A stretch of 64,000 nt of DNA from Planctomycetota bacterium. Its GTDB lineage: Bacteria; Planctomycetota; B15-G4. This document shows, piece after piece, positions 38,115 to 47,536 of the stretch. The notes under the pieces were generated by a model. That model saw nothing but the letters and a program-made list of their open reading frames with translations. It did no database searches and was not told the origin of the DNA. Position 1 is the first letter of the stretch; each line of letters begins with the position of its first letter. The stretch covers positions 256,001-320,000 of the forward strand of contig JBBQUR010000001.1 in assembly GCA_038212275.1 (NCBI GenBank). Direction: 5' to 3'. The position numbers and the translations under genes are program-made.

Positions 38115-39700
38115 GCGATCGGACCCTGCAGCGCCGCCTCGTTGACGGCCCGCTCCTCGATCGGCAGGACGGCCGGCCCGAGCTGTCGCTGCGCGCGCCG
38201 CTCGCGCAGCGAGAGTACGGCTACCCACCCGAAGCTGGCCGCATTGAGCGCGAGGAACGGCCCGATGAGCCAGCTCCCGCGCCGGACGAACATCACGACG
38301 CCAAGGGCCGACCACAGGGCGAGCGCCGCTTCGATGAGGCAGAGCGTGTCCACGGGAATGCGATAGCCGCCGCCGGCGTGGCCGCGGCTGTCGCCGGTGA
38401 GGTTGGCCTTGGGCGTCCTCACGAACTCGCTGTCGATGCCGAAGAGGGCCTCGAGCACCGCGCGCGTGTTGCTCACGGCGATGCCGGTGCCAAGCAGCAT
38501 CAGCCAGCCGAGGTCGGCCAGGCTCCAGCGTCGGCGCTCCCGCAACGCGCGCTGGCTGGCGATGTAGAGCGTCGTGGGTCCCGTGGTGCCAAGCGCCAGC
38601 AGGAGTGCGAGCACGGCGATCGCCGTGGGCGGGAGCTGCTGCCGGCTGGCGATCAGCGGCACGGGCACGGCCAGCACGACCATGGTGAGCATGAGCGGAT
38701 GCACGAGGTGATGCGTCAGGTGCAGCATGGCCTGCCATCGGGTTGCCAGCGGCAGCCGGCTGCGGAGCAGGCGCGGCAGCAGCTTCTTCGCCGTCTGGAT
38801 CGATCCCTTCGACCAGCGCTTCTGCTGGCTGCGGAACGCCGACAGGTCGGCGGGGATCTCCGCGGGAACTTCCACGTCGAAGGCATACTCCACCTTCCAG
38901 CCGGCAAGTTGCGCGCGGTACGACAGGTCGAGGTCCTCGGTGAGCGTGTCGGCCTGCCATCCGCCGGCGTCGGCAATGGCCTGCCGGCGCCAGAGCCCCG
39001 CGGTGCCGTTGAAGTTCAGCATCCAGCCGGCCCAGCAGCGGCCGGCCTGCTCGATTCCGAAGTGCCCGTCGAGCGCGATTGCCTGCGCGCGCGTGAGCGC
39101 CGACGAGTCGCGGTTGAGATGTCCCCAGCGTGCCTGTGCAAACCCGATGTCGGGGCGCGACATGAGCGGCACCATGCGTCGCAGGAAGTCCGGTGCGGGC
39201 ACGAAGTCCGCGTCGAAGATGGCGATCAGGTCGCCGCGCGCCGAGGGCAGTGCATCGCGCAGCGCACCTGCCTTGAACCCGGAGCGGCGCGCCCGCCGCA
39301 CGTGATGGATGTCATGGCCCTTGCCGGCCAGCTCGGCGCACAGCGCGGCGGCGAGGCGCGTCGTGTCGTCGGTCGAGTCGTCGAGCACCTGGACCTGCAG
39401 CCTGTCGGCGGGCCAGTCGAAGGCGACGACGGCTCGCAGCAACCGTTCCACGACGTAGCGCTCGTTGTAGATCGGGAGTTGCACCGTGACCACGGGCAGG
39501 GCGGACTCCGGAGTCGTGGCGGCCCAGGTCTCGCGCTGCCGCGACAGGCGCAGCAGCCCTTCCTGCCGGCCACGCCGGAAGACGGCGCAGAGCACGTGGC
39601 AATTGAGGCCGTAAATGCAGAGAAAAGCTGCAGCCAGCCAATAGAGTGCGAGCAACCACGTGAGCATGTAGGGTTCCGCCGGGAAGGGCAGTCGAGGCAC
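38111..39700 (-). CDS. GT2 processive-type membrane glycosyltransferase (cellulose synthase-like)
   Basis: VQLPIYNE, DDSTD, GFKAGAL, FDADF, TEDLDLS, QQKRW (QxxRW), FVRTPK. Confidence 0.93.
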   Translation of the reverse strand: MPRLPFPAEPYMLTWLLALYWLAAAFLCIYGLNCHVLCAVFRRGRQEGLLRLSRQRETWAATTPESALPVVTVQLPIYNERYVVERLLRAVVAFDWPADRLQVQVLDDSTDDTTRLAAALCAELAGKGHDIHHVRRARRSGFKAGALRDALPSARGDLIAIFDADFVPAPDFLRRMVPLMSRPDIGFAQARWGHLNRDSSALTRAQAIALDGHFGIEQAGRCWAGWMLNFNGTAGLWRRQAIADAGGWQADTLTEDLDLSYRAQLAGWKVEYAFDVEVPAEIPADLSAFRSQQKRWSKGSIQTAKKLLPRLLRSRLPLATRWQAMLHLTHHLVHPLMLTMVVLAVPVPLIASRQQLPPTAIAVLALLLALGTTGPTTLYIASQRALRERRRWSLADLGWLMLLGTGIAVSNTRAVLEALFGIDSEFVRTPKANLTGDSRGHAGGGYRIPVDTLCLIEAALALWSALGVVMFVRRGSWLIGPFLALNAASFGWVAVLSLRERRAQRQLGPAVLPIEERAVNEAALQGPIA

Positions 39701-39760
39701 GGCACATCCCCCTCAACCGCCGCCAGCCGCAGGGTACTCGGCGGCCCGACGACGGTTCCA

Positions 39761-39799
39761 CCGCCCGGCTCCGCCGCCCGACTCCGCCGCCCGACTCCG
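39761..39799. repeat. 13-bp tandem repeat (CCGCCCGRCTCCG) x3 in a divergent promoter region
   Basis: Read directly between the GT2 and enoyl-CoA hydratase genes. Confidence 0.85.
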
Positions 39800-39882
39800 C
39801 CGAGGGCCGTGCTGCCTCCCGCCGCCCGAGCCTGCTAACCTCTCGCGCCGACCCAGTGTCCCCCCGATCGGAGTGCGTGACC

Positions 39883-40668
39883 GTGACCGAACTCGTCCGC
39901 TGCACCCGGCTCGAGCATCTCGCCTGGCTGCACCTGGAGCGCCCCGAGGTGATGAACGCGCTCTCCTACGAAACGCTGGCGCAACTTGCGGCGCACGTCG
40001 AGGTCCTGCGCGCCGACGACCGCGTGCGCGTCGTGCTCGTGCGTGGAAGCGGAGAGCGCGCCTTCTGCGCCGGCGCCGATCTCAAGGAACGCGCGTCGTT
40101 CAACGAGAAGCAGACGCGCGACTTCGTGCGCCGCATCGGGGAGACCTTCGAGGCGCTCGCCTTGCTGCCGCAGCCGACCATCGCCGTGATGAACGGCGTG
40201 GCCTTCGGCGGCGGCCTCGAGCTGGCGCTGGCGTGCGACCTGCGCGTGGCTTCGTCGTCCAGCCGCATGGGGCTCACCGAAACCGCGCTGGCCATCATTC
40301 CGGGCGCGGGCGGCACGCAGCGGCTTCCACGCGTGGTGGGGCTGGCCAAGGCCCGGGAGCTCATCTTCGCGGCACGCCGCCTGGACGCTGCCGAGGCGCT
40401 GCGGATCGGCCTGGTGAATGCCGTGGCCGCACCGGAGGGACTCGATGCATGCGCGCTGGAACTCGCGCAGGCGATTGCAGCCAACGGGCCGATTGCCGTG
40501 CGCGCTGCCAAGGAGGCGCTGAGCTTCACCGAAGGTGGCGCGTCGCTTGCCGTGAACCTCGTGCGGGAGCGCGAGATCTATCTGCAGCGCGTGTTCCCCA
40601 GCAAGGACCGGCTCGAAGCGCTCGCTGCCTTTGCCGAGAAACGTCCGCCGCATTTCCGCGGCAACTAG
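39883..40668 (+). CDS. Enoyl-CoA hydratase/isomerase
   Basis: AFCAGADLKE, AFGGGLELALACD, ETALAIIPGAGGTQRL, AFAEKRPP. Confidence 0.95.
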   Translation: MTELVRCTRLEHLAWLHLERPEVMNALSYETLAQLAAHVEVLRADDRVRVVLVRGSGERAFCAGADLKERASFNEKQTRDFVRRIGETFEALALLPQPTIAVMNGVAFGGGLELALACDLRVASSSSRMGLTETALAIIPGAGGTQRLPRVVGLAKARELIFAARRLDAAEALRIGLVNAVAAPEGLDACALELAQAIAANGPIAVRAAKEALSFTEGGASLAVNLVREREIYLQRVFPSKDRLEALAAFAEKRPPHFRGN

Positions 40669-40673
40669 GCGAC

Positions 40674-41966
40674 CTAGGGCAGCTGCTTGCCGAGCTTCAG
40701 CGTGGCGCGCGCCTGCCCGGCCGGCCCGCCTCCCCAGAGCACGCCCTTTCCCTTCAGCGGCGTGAAGAGTCCGTCGGCATTCGTGCTGCCGGTGGCGGAC
40801 AGCAGAAGCTGGAGCTGCTGCGCCTGCGTGCCGTTGCCCGTGGCGAAGGCGCCTTGCAGGACGAGCGTCGACGGAGTCTCGTCGCGGCTCTGGAAGCCGC
40901 GGAGCACCAGCGAGCGCGAGCCGAAGAGCCCGGCCAGTCCGGTGTCCTCGGTGAATGCGAGGCCGAGCGTGAGCGATCCGGGCATGACCGAGAGCACGCA
41001 GGACTGCTTGAACTTGGTCTCGCTCGCGTCGGCCTGCATGAGGCTTCCCGCGAGTGTCGCGGCGAAGCGTGCCGGCGCGAAGGCGAGGTCGCCTCCCAGG
41101 ACGATGCCGGCCTCGGCGCCGAGCTGCCGCACGAGCGTTCCGTCGTCGGCGAGCACGCTGATGAGGCTGCTGTCGCGCGAGACGACGTAGAGCAGCCCGT
41201 CGGGCCCGATGGCGACGCCTGCCGTGGCGTCGAGATCTGCGGAGGGTCCGAGCATGGCGAGTTCCGCGCCCGACGAACCGAGCGCGACCACGCTCTGCCC
41301 CGTCCCGGAACTGACGAAGAGGCTGCCATCCAGCCCGAAGCAGAGGCTGATGGCGAGGCCGAGCGAGCTGTCTGCGCCGAGTTCGCGCAGCGTGGCGCCT
41401 GCCGCATCGAACTCGAGGACGCGTCCGGTGGCCGCGCTGGCGACGAAGAGGTGACCGTCCGCGCCGAAGGCAAGATCCGACGGCACGACGACGTTGGCGC
41501 CCGCACCGATGGTGCCGAGCAGCGTGCCGTCGGTGTCGAACTCGAAGATCGTGCCGGTGCCGAGATCACCGGTGAGGACGTGACCCGTGGGACCCACGGC
41601 GAGGCCGCGCGGAGAGAGCAGGCCCGAACCCGCGCCGAGCGTCGCGACCACAGAGCCACTCGCGTCGAAGCCAAGCAGCCGATCGCTGCCGGAGGACGCG
41701 ACCCAGAGCACGCCCTGCGCGTCGAAGGCGACTCCGGCCGGCGCGAGCAACCCCGAACCGGCACCGAGCGCACGCACCAGGCTGCCCGAGGCATCCAGCT
41801 CGAGCACGGTGTTGCTGCCCTCGGAGCAGACGAAGAGATGCTGCGCCGCAAAGTCGCCGGCGCGCGCGGGGGCGCTCAGCGCAGGCGAGAGCAGGGCAAC
41901 CAGCGTTGCCGCGACGAACGCGGCGCGGGCGTGGACGGACGAGCAGGCAGCGGGGTGGGCGGACAT
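40674..41966 (-). CDS. Secreted NHL/Vgb-like beta-propeller protein
   Basis: Signal peptide; about 7 repeats of P.G.AFGPDG.L.V.. Confidence 0.8.
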   Translation of the reverse strand: MSAHPAACSSVHARAAFVAATLVALLSPALSAPARAGDFAAQHLFVCSEGSNTVLELDASGSLVRALGAGSGLLAPAGVAFDAQGVLWVASSGSDRLLGFDASGSVVATLGAGSGLLSPRGLAVGPTGHVLTGDLGTGTIFEFDTDGTLLGTIGAGANVVVPSDLAFGADGHLFVASAATGRVLEFDAAGATLRELGADSSLGLAISLCFGLDGSLFVSSGTGQSVVALGSSGAELAMLGPSADLDATAGVAIGPDGLLYVVSRDSSLISVLADDGTLVRQLGAEAGIVLGGDLAFAPARFAATLAGSLMQADASETKFKQSCVLSVMPGSLTLGLAFTEDTGLAGLFGSRSLVLRGFQSRDETPSTLVLQGAFATGNGTQAQQLQLLLSATGSTNADGLFTPLKGKGVLWGGGPAGQARATLKLGKQLP

Positions 41967-42031
41967 GCCGTCCTCATCGGACGGCGCCCGGGCATGTCTG
42001 GAATCTGAGTCGCGCAGGACTCAGGCAGCAC

Positions 42032-42964
42032 TCAGAAGGTGTAGCCCAGCGAGGCGAAATAGTCCCAGTCGGTCTTGTGGACGTCGCCTTCCGCGGTGCT
42101 GTCGTAGTCCATTTCGAGACCGATCTTGAAGATCCAGGGCGAGTCGTCGGCAATCTGGGTCTGCCAGGCGGTGCGCGCCAGGGCCCGGTACTGTCCGAGA
42201 TCGTTCAGGATCGGGTAGATCTCGCCGCCGGCCGTGACCTTCGTGGTCGCGCTCAGGTTGTGCCAGTAGTCGATGCCCAGCACGCCTTCCGGACGCACTC
42301 CGTCATCGTCGCCGCCGTAGTCCTTGGACAGTCCCAGGCCGAAGCGACCCTGCAGCCAGGTGTCCTTGGTGTCCTCGAAGTCGTAGCTGCGGCCGGCATT
42401 CACGCCGACGCGATAGTCGAAGTCGCGGAACTTGTCGGTCTGCACGGAAGCGCCGACGAAGGTGCCCCAGGGCGAATCGGCCTCGGGCCAGGTCACGCGT
42501 CCCTCGGTCAGGCTGTTGTTGGCAGTGACCTCGTTGTCCTGCGTCGCCCGCTGGTAGGTGAATCCGAGGTCGATGACGCGCGTGTCGGTCTTGTGTTTCG
42601 CCACGAAGGCCCCGCGGATGTTCTGGTTGTCCGTGTTGCCGGTGGAGCCGTTGACGCCGGCCTCGAAGGTGCCGCTCCACGGCGACGGCGGGGGCGTCTG
42701 CTCGGGCACCGCCACGTCGATGACGGCAGAGGGCGGCGCGAGGGCGATCTTTGGCACCTTGAGGACGCCGAGGTCCGGGTGCTGCATCGTGATGAACTCG
42801 TCGTCTTCGGCGAGGATCACGCCTGTGACCGAGTCGCCCGACGCGAGCACCACCTTCTGCGTGGGAGCCGGGACCGGCGGGTTCACCTGCGCGGCCGCAA
42901 GGCGGGCAGGAACGAGCATGCTGCCGATCATGGCCAGCACTGAGAGGGCGACGCGGATAGTCAA
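42032..42964 (-). CDS. DUF481-like outer-membrane beta-barrel protein
   Basis: WSGTFEAG..GNTD, DKFRDFDYR, DYDS, C-terminal LGYTF. Confidence 0.82.
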   Translation of the reverse strand: MTIRVALSVLAMIGSMLVPARLAAAQVNPPVPAPTQKVVLASGDSVTGVILAEDDEFITMQHPDLGVLKVPKIALAPPSAVIDVAVPEQTPPPSPWSGTFEAGVNGSTGNTDNQNIRGAFVAKHKTDTRVIDLGFTYQRATQDNEVTANNSLTEGRVTWPEADSPWGTFVGASVQTDKFRDFDYRVGVNAGRSYDFEDTKDTWLQGRFGLGLSKDYGGDDDGVRPEGVLGIDYWHNLSATTKVTAGGEIYPILNDLGQYRALARTAWQTQIADDSPWIFKIGLEMDYDSTAEGDVHKTDWDYFASLGYTF

Positions 42965-43199
42965 CGCAGTGAACTCCGGGCAGGGCGCGCGTGCGAATCG
43001 AAGGGCAGAGACGTTAGGGGATGGGGGTGCCGCCGATCAATGGTGCCGGCGCCGGCGCTCGCGAGCTGACGTCCTGGCGTCGATGCCGCGGCCCTCCTGC
43101 CACACAGTCGTCGGTGTATGCTTCGGGGCACGCGGTCTGCGGGGCTGCCTTGGGACGTCCCGGAGTTGATCGCAGCCCGGCCGCGCGGAGCGTCTCTCC

Positions 43200-44042
43200 A
43201 TGCTGGTGTCCCGATTCATGACAAGGCGTCCCGTGACGGTGACGCCTTCCACTTCACTCGATGAGGCCATCCGCCTCATGGAACAGCACCGTTTCCGGCA
43301 CCTCCCGGTCGTGGCTGATGGAGCGGTCGTCGGCATGCTCTCCGATCGGGACGTGCGTCTGGGCACGGGTGGGCAGTCGCTCGGCGAACTGCACGTGCCT
43401 CGCGATGCGGCGCTGCCGTCGCGTGTCGAGGAACTCATGCACTCGCCCGCCCTGTGCGTGCAGAGCGATGAGCGCGGTCCGGCCGCCGCCCTGCGGATGG
43501 TCGAGCACCGCATCGGCGCCCTGCCGGTGCTCCAGGACGGGCGCCTGGCGGGCATCGTCACGGAAACGAATCTCGTCACCGCTTTCCGCGACCTCTGCCG
43601 CGATCCGGCAAGTGCCGACGTGCTGGACCGCAACGTCGAGGAGCTGATGCACTCGCTGGTGGTCACGCTCGGCCCGGGCGACACGCTCGAGGAAGCCATC
43701 CACCATTGCCGCGACTGGCGCATCCGGCACATCCCCGTCCTCGACGACAGGGACGAACTGGTGGGCATGGTGTCGGACCGTGACATCCGGCTCGCGATGG
43801 GGCGTGCGCTCGTCGCGGATGCACTTGCGGCGAAGCGCGGCGGGGCGCCCGAGCCCGCGCCGACCATCAGCGGGCTCATGTCCGGGAACGTCGTGAGCAT
43901 CGATCCGCGCGAGCCGTTGTCGCGCGCGGTGAGCGTGATGCTGGGCGGACGCATCTCTGCCCTGCCGGTCATGCTCGACGGCATGCTGCTCGGCATCATC
44001 ACGCGCACCGACATCCTCGAGCACTACGGAACGATTGCGTGA
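43200..44042 (+). CDS. CBS-domain protein (two CBS pairs)
   Basis: MTRRPVTV, RHLPVV..VGMLSDRD, IGALPV, GIITRTDIL. Confidence 0.92.
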   Translation: MLVSRFMTRRPVTVTPSTSLDEAIRLMEQHRFRHLPVVADGAVVGMLSDRDVRLGTGGQSLGELHVPRDAALPSRVEELMHSPALCVQSDERGPAAALRMVEHRIGALPVLQDGRLAGIVTETNLVTAFRDLCRDPASADVLDRNVEELMHSLVVTLGPGDTLEEAIHHCRDWRIRHIPVLDDRDELVGMVSDRDIRLAMGRALVADALAAKRGGAPEPAPTISGLMSGNVVSIDPREPLSRAVSVMLGGRISALPVMLDGMLLGIITRTDILEHYGTIA

Positions 44043-44064
44043 GCGACGCTCGGGGCGTGTGCGG

Positions 44065-45924
44065 ATGAGTGTCGGATCGGGCCGCGCGTCGCGTGGACGT
44101 GCCGCCCTGTACGTGGTGCACGCGCTGCTCGGCCTCTGGGCCGTGCGGGCCTGGGCCGATGGCCCGTTTCATGGCGAGGCGATCCAGGACGCCGCCAACG
44201 TGCTGCGGCTCGCGATGTTCGGCCCGGGGGCCGGTGCCGAACCGTGCAGTCCGCTGTACCCGGCCTTGCTCGGCATCGTGCTGGCACTGCGTGCGTCACC
44301 GGTCTGGGTCTTCGGATGTCTGGGCGTGGCGACCTCGCTCGCGGTGCTGGCCGGGATATCCGCCTTGTGCCGCAGGCTTGCCGACCCGAGCGCCGCTTTC
44401 CGGGCAATGCTGCTCTATGTGCTGTCGGGCTCCGTGCTGGCCTTCATTCCGCAGCCGCTGCCCGTGCTGCTGGGGACGGCGCTGCTGCTGTGGGGCAGTG
44501 TTGCGCTGACGGCGCGGCGTGCACCGGACGCGACGGGTGGCGAGACCGGTGGCGAGACCGCTGCAGCCGGCGCCGAGAAGCTCGCTTCGCTGCCCGTGAG
44601 GCACGCGCTTCTCGGCGGCGCGCTGCTCGCGGCCAGCGTGCTGACGCAGGCCCCGCTGCTGCTGCCTGCACTCTGCATCGTCGCCGGGCTGCTGCGCCGC
44701 GAGACGGTGCGCGTGGCGGCGGCGTTCGGTGCGGCGCTGCTGGTGGTGGCGCTTGCCGCTGTCGCGTTGCCGCTCGAGCTCTGGCCTGCCGGCGCCGGGC
44801 TGCAGATGCGCCTCGGCAACGGCGGTGCGCGCAGCGGATGCCCCGACGTGCGCCCGGGCCCCGCGCTCGACCAGATGCGGGTGGAGCCGGTGGTGGCGGC
44901 CTGGGAGTCAGCCGATGCCTCCCTCTCGGCGGACGCGTGGCAGGTCGGGCGACTTCTCGAGGAGTGCGCCGAAGATCCCGCGGGAGCCTTCGTGACGCTG
45001 TGCCGCAAGCTCTACCTGTTCTGGCAGCGCACTGAAATCGTCGAGGGCGCGGACTTCCGCCACGGGCTGTCGGGCATGGCGCCGGAGCGACTGCTGCTGC
45101 TGAGTTTCGGCCTGATCGGGCCGCTGGCTCTGGCCAGCCTCCGGAGCCGGGCAGGCGCCGTGCGTTCGCGACACGGCTGGCGCCAGGGCGCGGTGTGGTG
45201 GCCGGTGCTCGGCGTGCTGCTCGCCAATCTCGCCATGTTCACGTCCAGCCGCCACCGGCTGCCGGCGCTGCCGTATCTGTGCATGGCTGCGGGGATCTGG
45301 CTCGCGGCTCGTCCCCGGCGCCCGGAATGGATGCTCGCCGCGGCGCTGGGAGTCGTGCTCAATGCGGATCTCGCCAGCCGGCCATTGATCTGGGCCGGCG
45401 ATGGCGAACTGCAGGAGGGCGCGCTGCTCCTGTCGGAGGGAGTCGTCGATCCGGCCTCGGTCGTGCTGGCGCGTGCCGCACAGGTCGGTGCCGACCCGCG
45501 CGCCGCCTTGCTGCTGGGTGCGGCCTTCGACCGCGAGGTGAGCCTGCACGGCGATCTCACGCTGCGCCTGCAGGCCGAGGCGTGGTATCGCGAGGCTCTT
45601 GCGCGGCGGTCGCTCTATCCCGACGCCGCCGATGCGCTCATGCGCAGTCTCGTCACGCAGGGGAAGCCCGAAGAAGGTCTCTCTTTCGGGCAGGCGTATG
45701 TCGGGCGCGATGCATGGGCAGGCGCCGCGCGTCTCTCGCTGGCGTCGATGGTGGTGCAGCTCGGCGACAAGCAGGGCGCGCGGGACCTGCTCGTCGAGGG
45801 CAACCGCAACATCGCGCTCTGGGCCATCGCGCACAACGATCCGCAACTGGCGCAGCGCTGCACCACGGAGCTGCTGCGACTCGCGGCTCGCGACCCGGTC
45901 CTCGAAGCGCTGGCGGCCCGGTGA
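44065..45924 (+). CDS. Polytopic membrane protein (GT-C-like) with C-terminal TPR-like region
   Basis: PLYPALL, many TM segments, RKLYLFW..EI, SRHRLP; TPR-like helices at the C-terminus. Confidence 0.65.
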   Translation: MSVGSGRASRGRAALYVVHALLGLWAVRAWADGPFHGEAIQDAANVLRLAMFGPGAGAEPCSPLYPALLGIVLALRASPVWVFGCLGVATSLAVLAGISALCRRLADPSAAFRAMLLYVLSGSVLAFIPQPLPVLLGTALLLWGSVALTARRAPDATGGETGGETAAAGAEKLASLPVRHALLGGALLAASVLTQAPLLLPALCIVAGLLRRETVRVAAAFGAALLVVALAAVALPLELWPAGAGLQMRLGNGGARSGCPDVRPGPALDQMRVEPVVAAWESADASLSADAWQVGRLLEECAEDPAGAFVTLCRKLYLFWQRTEIVEGADFRHGLSGMAPERLLLLSFGLIGPLALASLRSRAGAVRSRHGWRQGAVWWPVLGVLLANLAMFTSSRHRLPALPYLCMAAGIWLAARPRRPEWMLAAALGVVLNADLASRPLIWAGDGELQEGALLLSEGVVDPASVVLARAAQVGADPRAALLLGAAFDREVSLHGDLTLRLQAEAWYREALARRSLYPDAADALMRSLVTQGKPEEGLSFGQAYVGRDAWAGAARLSLASMVVQLGDKQGARDLLVEGNRNIALWAIAHNDPQLAQRCTTELLRLAARDPVLEALAAR

Positions 45925-45988
45925 GGGCAAGTCCATCCTGCACATGCGTCCCGGCGCGATGGCCGCGAGGCGCCTACGGAGAGAGTCG

Positions 45989-47437
45989 ATGAGGATCACG
46001 TTTCTGGGCGCCACGGGCGAGGTGACCGGCAGCAGCTTCCTGGTCGAGACGAGCCGCGCTCGACTGTTGCTCGACTTCGGCCTGCACCAGGGCGGACAGG
46101 GCGCGGAGCTGGCGAACCGGCGTCGCGTGCCGGCCGACTTCTCGCGCCTCGACGCCGTGGTGCTGAGCCATGCGCACATCGATCACTCCGGCCGCCTGCC
46201 GCTGCTTCCGGGCGCCGGCTGCCGCGCCCCGGTGTGGTGCACTCCCGCGACCGCCGACCTCGCGGGCATTCTGCTCCCGGACTCGGCGCACGTGCAGGCG
46301 CACGACTCGGCACGCTGGGCGCGACGACGCGAGGATCGGGGCCGCCCGGCGCGACAGCACAGGCGCGAGAGACGCGGAGCGCAGAGATCCGCACCGGCAT
46401 CCGCTGCGCCGCCCGCGCTCTACGACCTTGCGGACGTGGATCTGGTGCTGGAGCAATTCCGGCCGCTGCGCTACGGCCATGAGCGCGAGATCGCTCCCGG
46501 TGTCCGCCTGCGACTCCACGATGCCGGACACATCCTCGGCTCCGCGGTGGTGGACCTGACGCTGCAGGACGGAAGTCGCTCGCTGCGGCTCGTCTTCTCG
46601 GGCGACATCGGCGGCTCGCACCAGCCGCTGCTCCGCGACCCGGTCACTCCCGATGGGGCCGACGTGCTGCTCATGGAGTCCACGTACGGCGATCGCAATC
46701 ACCGCCCGCCACAGGCCACGCGCGACGAGCTGCTGGAGGTCCTGGTCGCCGCGCACGCCTCGGGGGGCAAGGTGCTCGTGCCCGCGTTCGCCGTGGGGCG
46801 CACGCAGCAGATCCTCTACGAACTCGGCGAGTTCCAGCGGGCCGGCACGCTGCCGCACATGCCGGTGTTCGTGGACAGTCCGATGGCCATCACCACGACC
46901 GAGCTCTACCGCCGGCATCGCGAACTCTTCGATGCAGAGGCCTGGGCGATCATCGACTCCGGGCATGCGCCGCTGGACTTCCCGGGCTTGTCCTTCTGTC
47001 GTTCGCCGCAGGAGTCCATGGCGCTCAACTCGCTGGCAGGGCCGGCGGTCATCATTGCGGCGTCGGGCATGCTGAACGGCGGGCGCATCGTGCACCACCT
47101 CAAGCACCACGCGGCCTCGCCGGAGGCGCACATCGTCATCGTCGGTTACCAGGCTCGTGGCACGCCGGGGCGTGCGCTCGTCGAAGGGCACCGGCAGGTG
47201 CGGCTCATGGGCGAGAGCGTGACGGTGAATGCGCGGGTGCACACGCTGGGCGGTTTCTCGGCGCACGCCGGACAGACGGAACTCGTCCAGTGGGCCGCGC
47301 CGCTGGCCGCGCTGAAGCCCGCGACGTACCTCGTGCACGGCGAGGATCCTGCCCGACGGGCCCTTGCCGACTGCCTGCAGTCAGGTCTCGGGATGCTCGC
47401 GCACAGCCCGCAACCCGGCCAGGTGATCACGCTCTGA
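45989..47437 (+). CDS. MBL-fold beta-CASP metallo-hydrolase (RNA-processing type)
   Basis: GATGEVTGS, SHAHIDHSG, AGHILGS, ESTYG, PAFAVGRTQ, FSAHA, VHGE. Confidence 0.93.
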   Translation: MRITFLGATGEVTGSSFLVETSRARLLLDFGLHQGGQGAELANRRRVPADFSRLDAVVLSHAHIDHSGRLPLLPGAGCRAPVWCTPATADLAGILLPDSAHVQAHDSARWARRREDRGRPARQHRRERRGAQRSAPASAAPPALYDLADVDLVLEQFRPLRYGHEREIAPGVRLRLHDAGHILGSAVVDLTLQDGSRSLRLVFSGDIGGSHQPLLRDPVTPDGADVLLMESTYGDRNHRPPQATRDELLEVLVAAHASGGKVLVPAFAVGRTQQILYELGEFQRAGTLPHMPVFVDSPMAITTTELYRRHRELFDAEAWAIIDSGHAPLDFPGLSFCRSPQESMALNSLAGPAVIIAASGMLNGGRIVHHLKHHAASPEAHIVIVGYQARGTPGRALVEGHRQVRLMGESVTVNARVHTLGGFSAHAGQTELVQWAAPLAALKPATYLVHGEDPARRALADCLQSGLGMLAHSPQPGQVITL

Positions 47438-47536
47438 AGGCGTCCCGGCGGGAGATCCGTACGGCACCTCCTCGAGCGCGCCTCGTCGAGCGCGTCTCGT
47501 GCGGGCCGCTGGTGCGGGCGCGCGGTCCCGGTCCCG

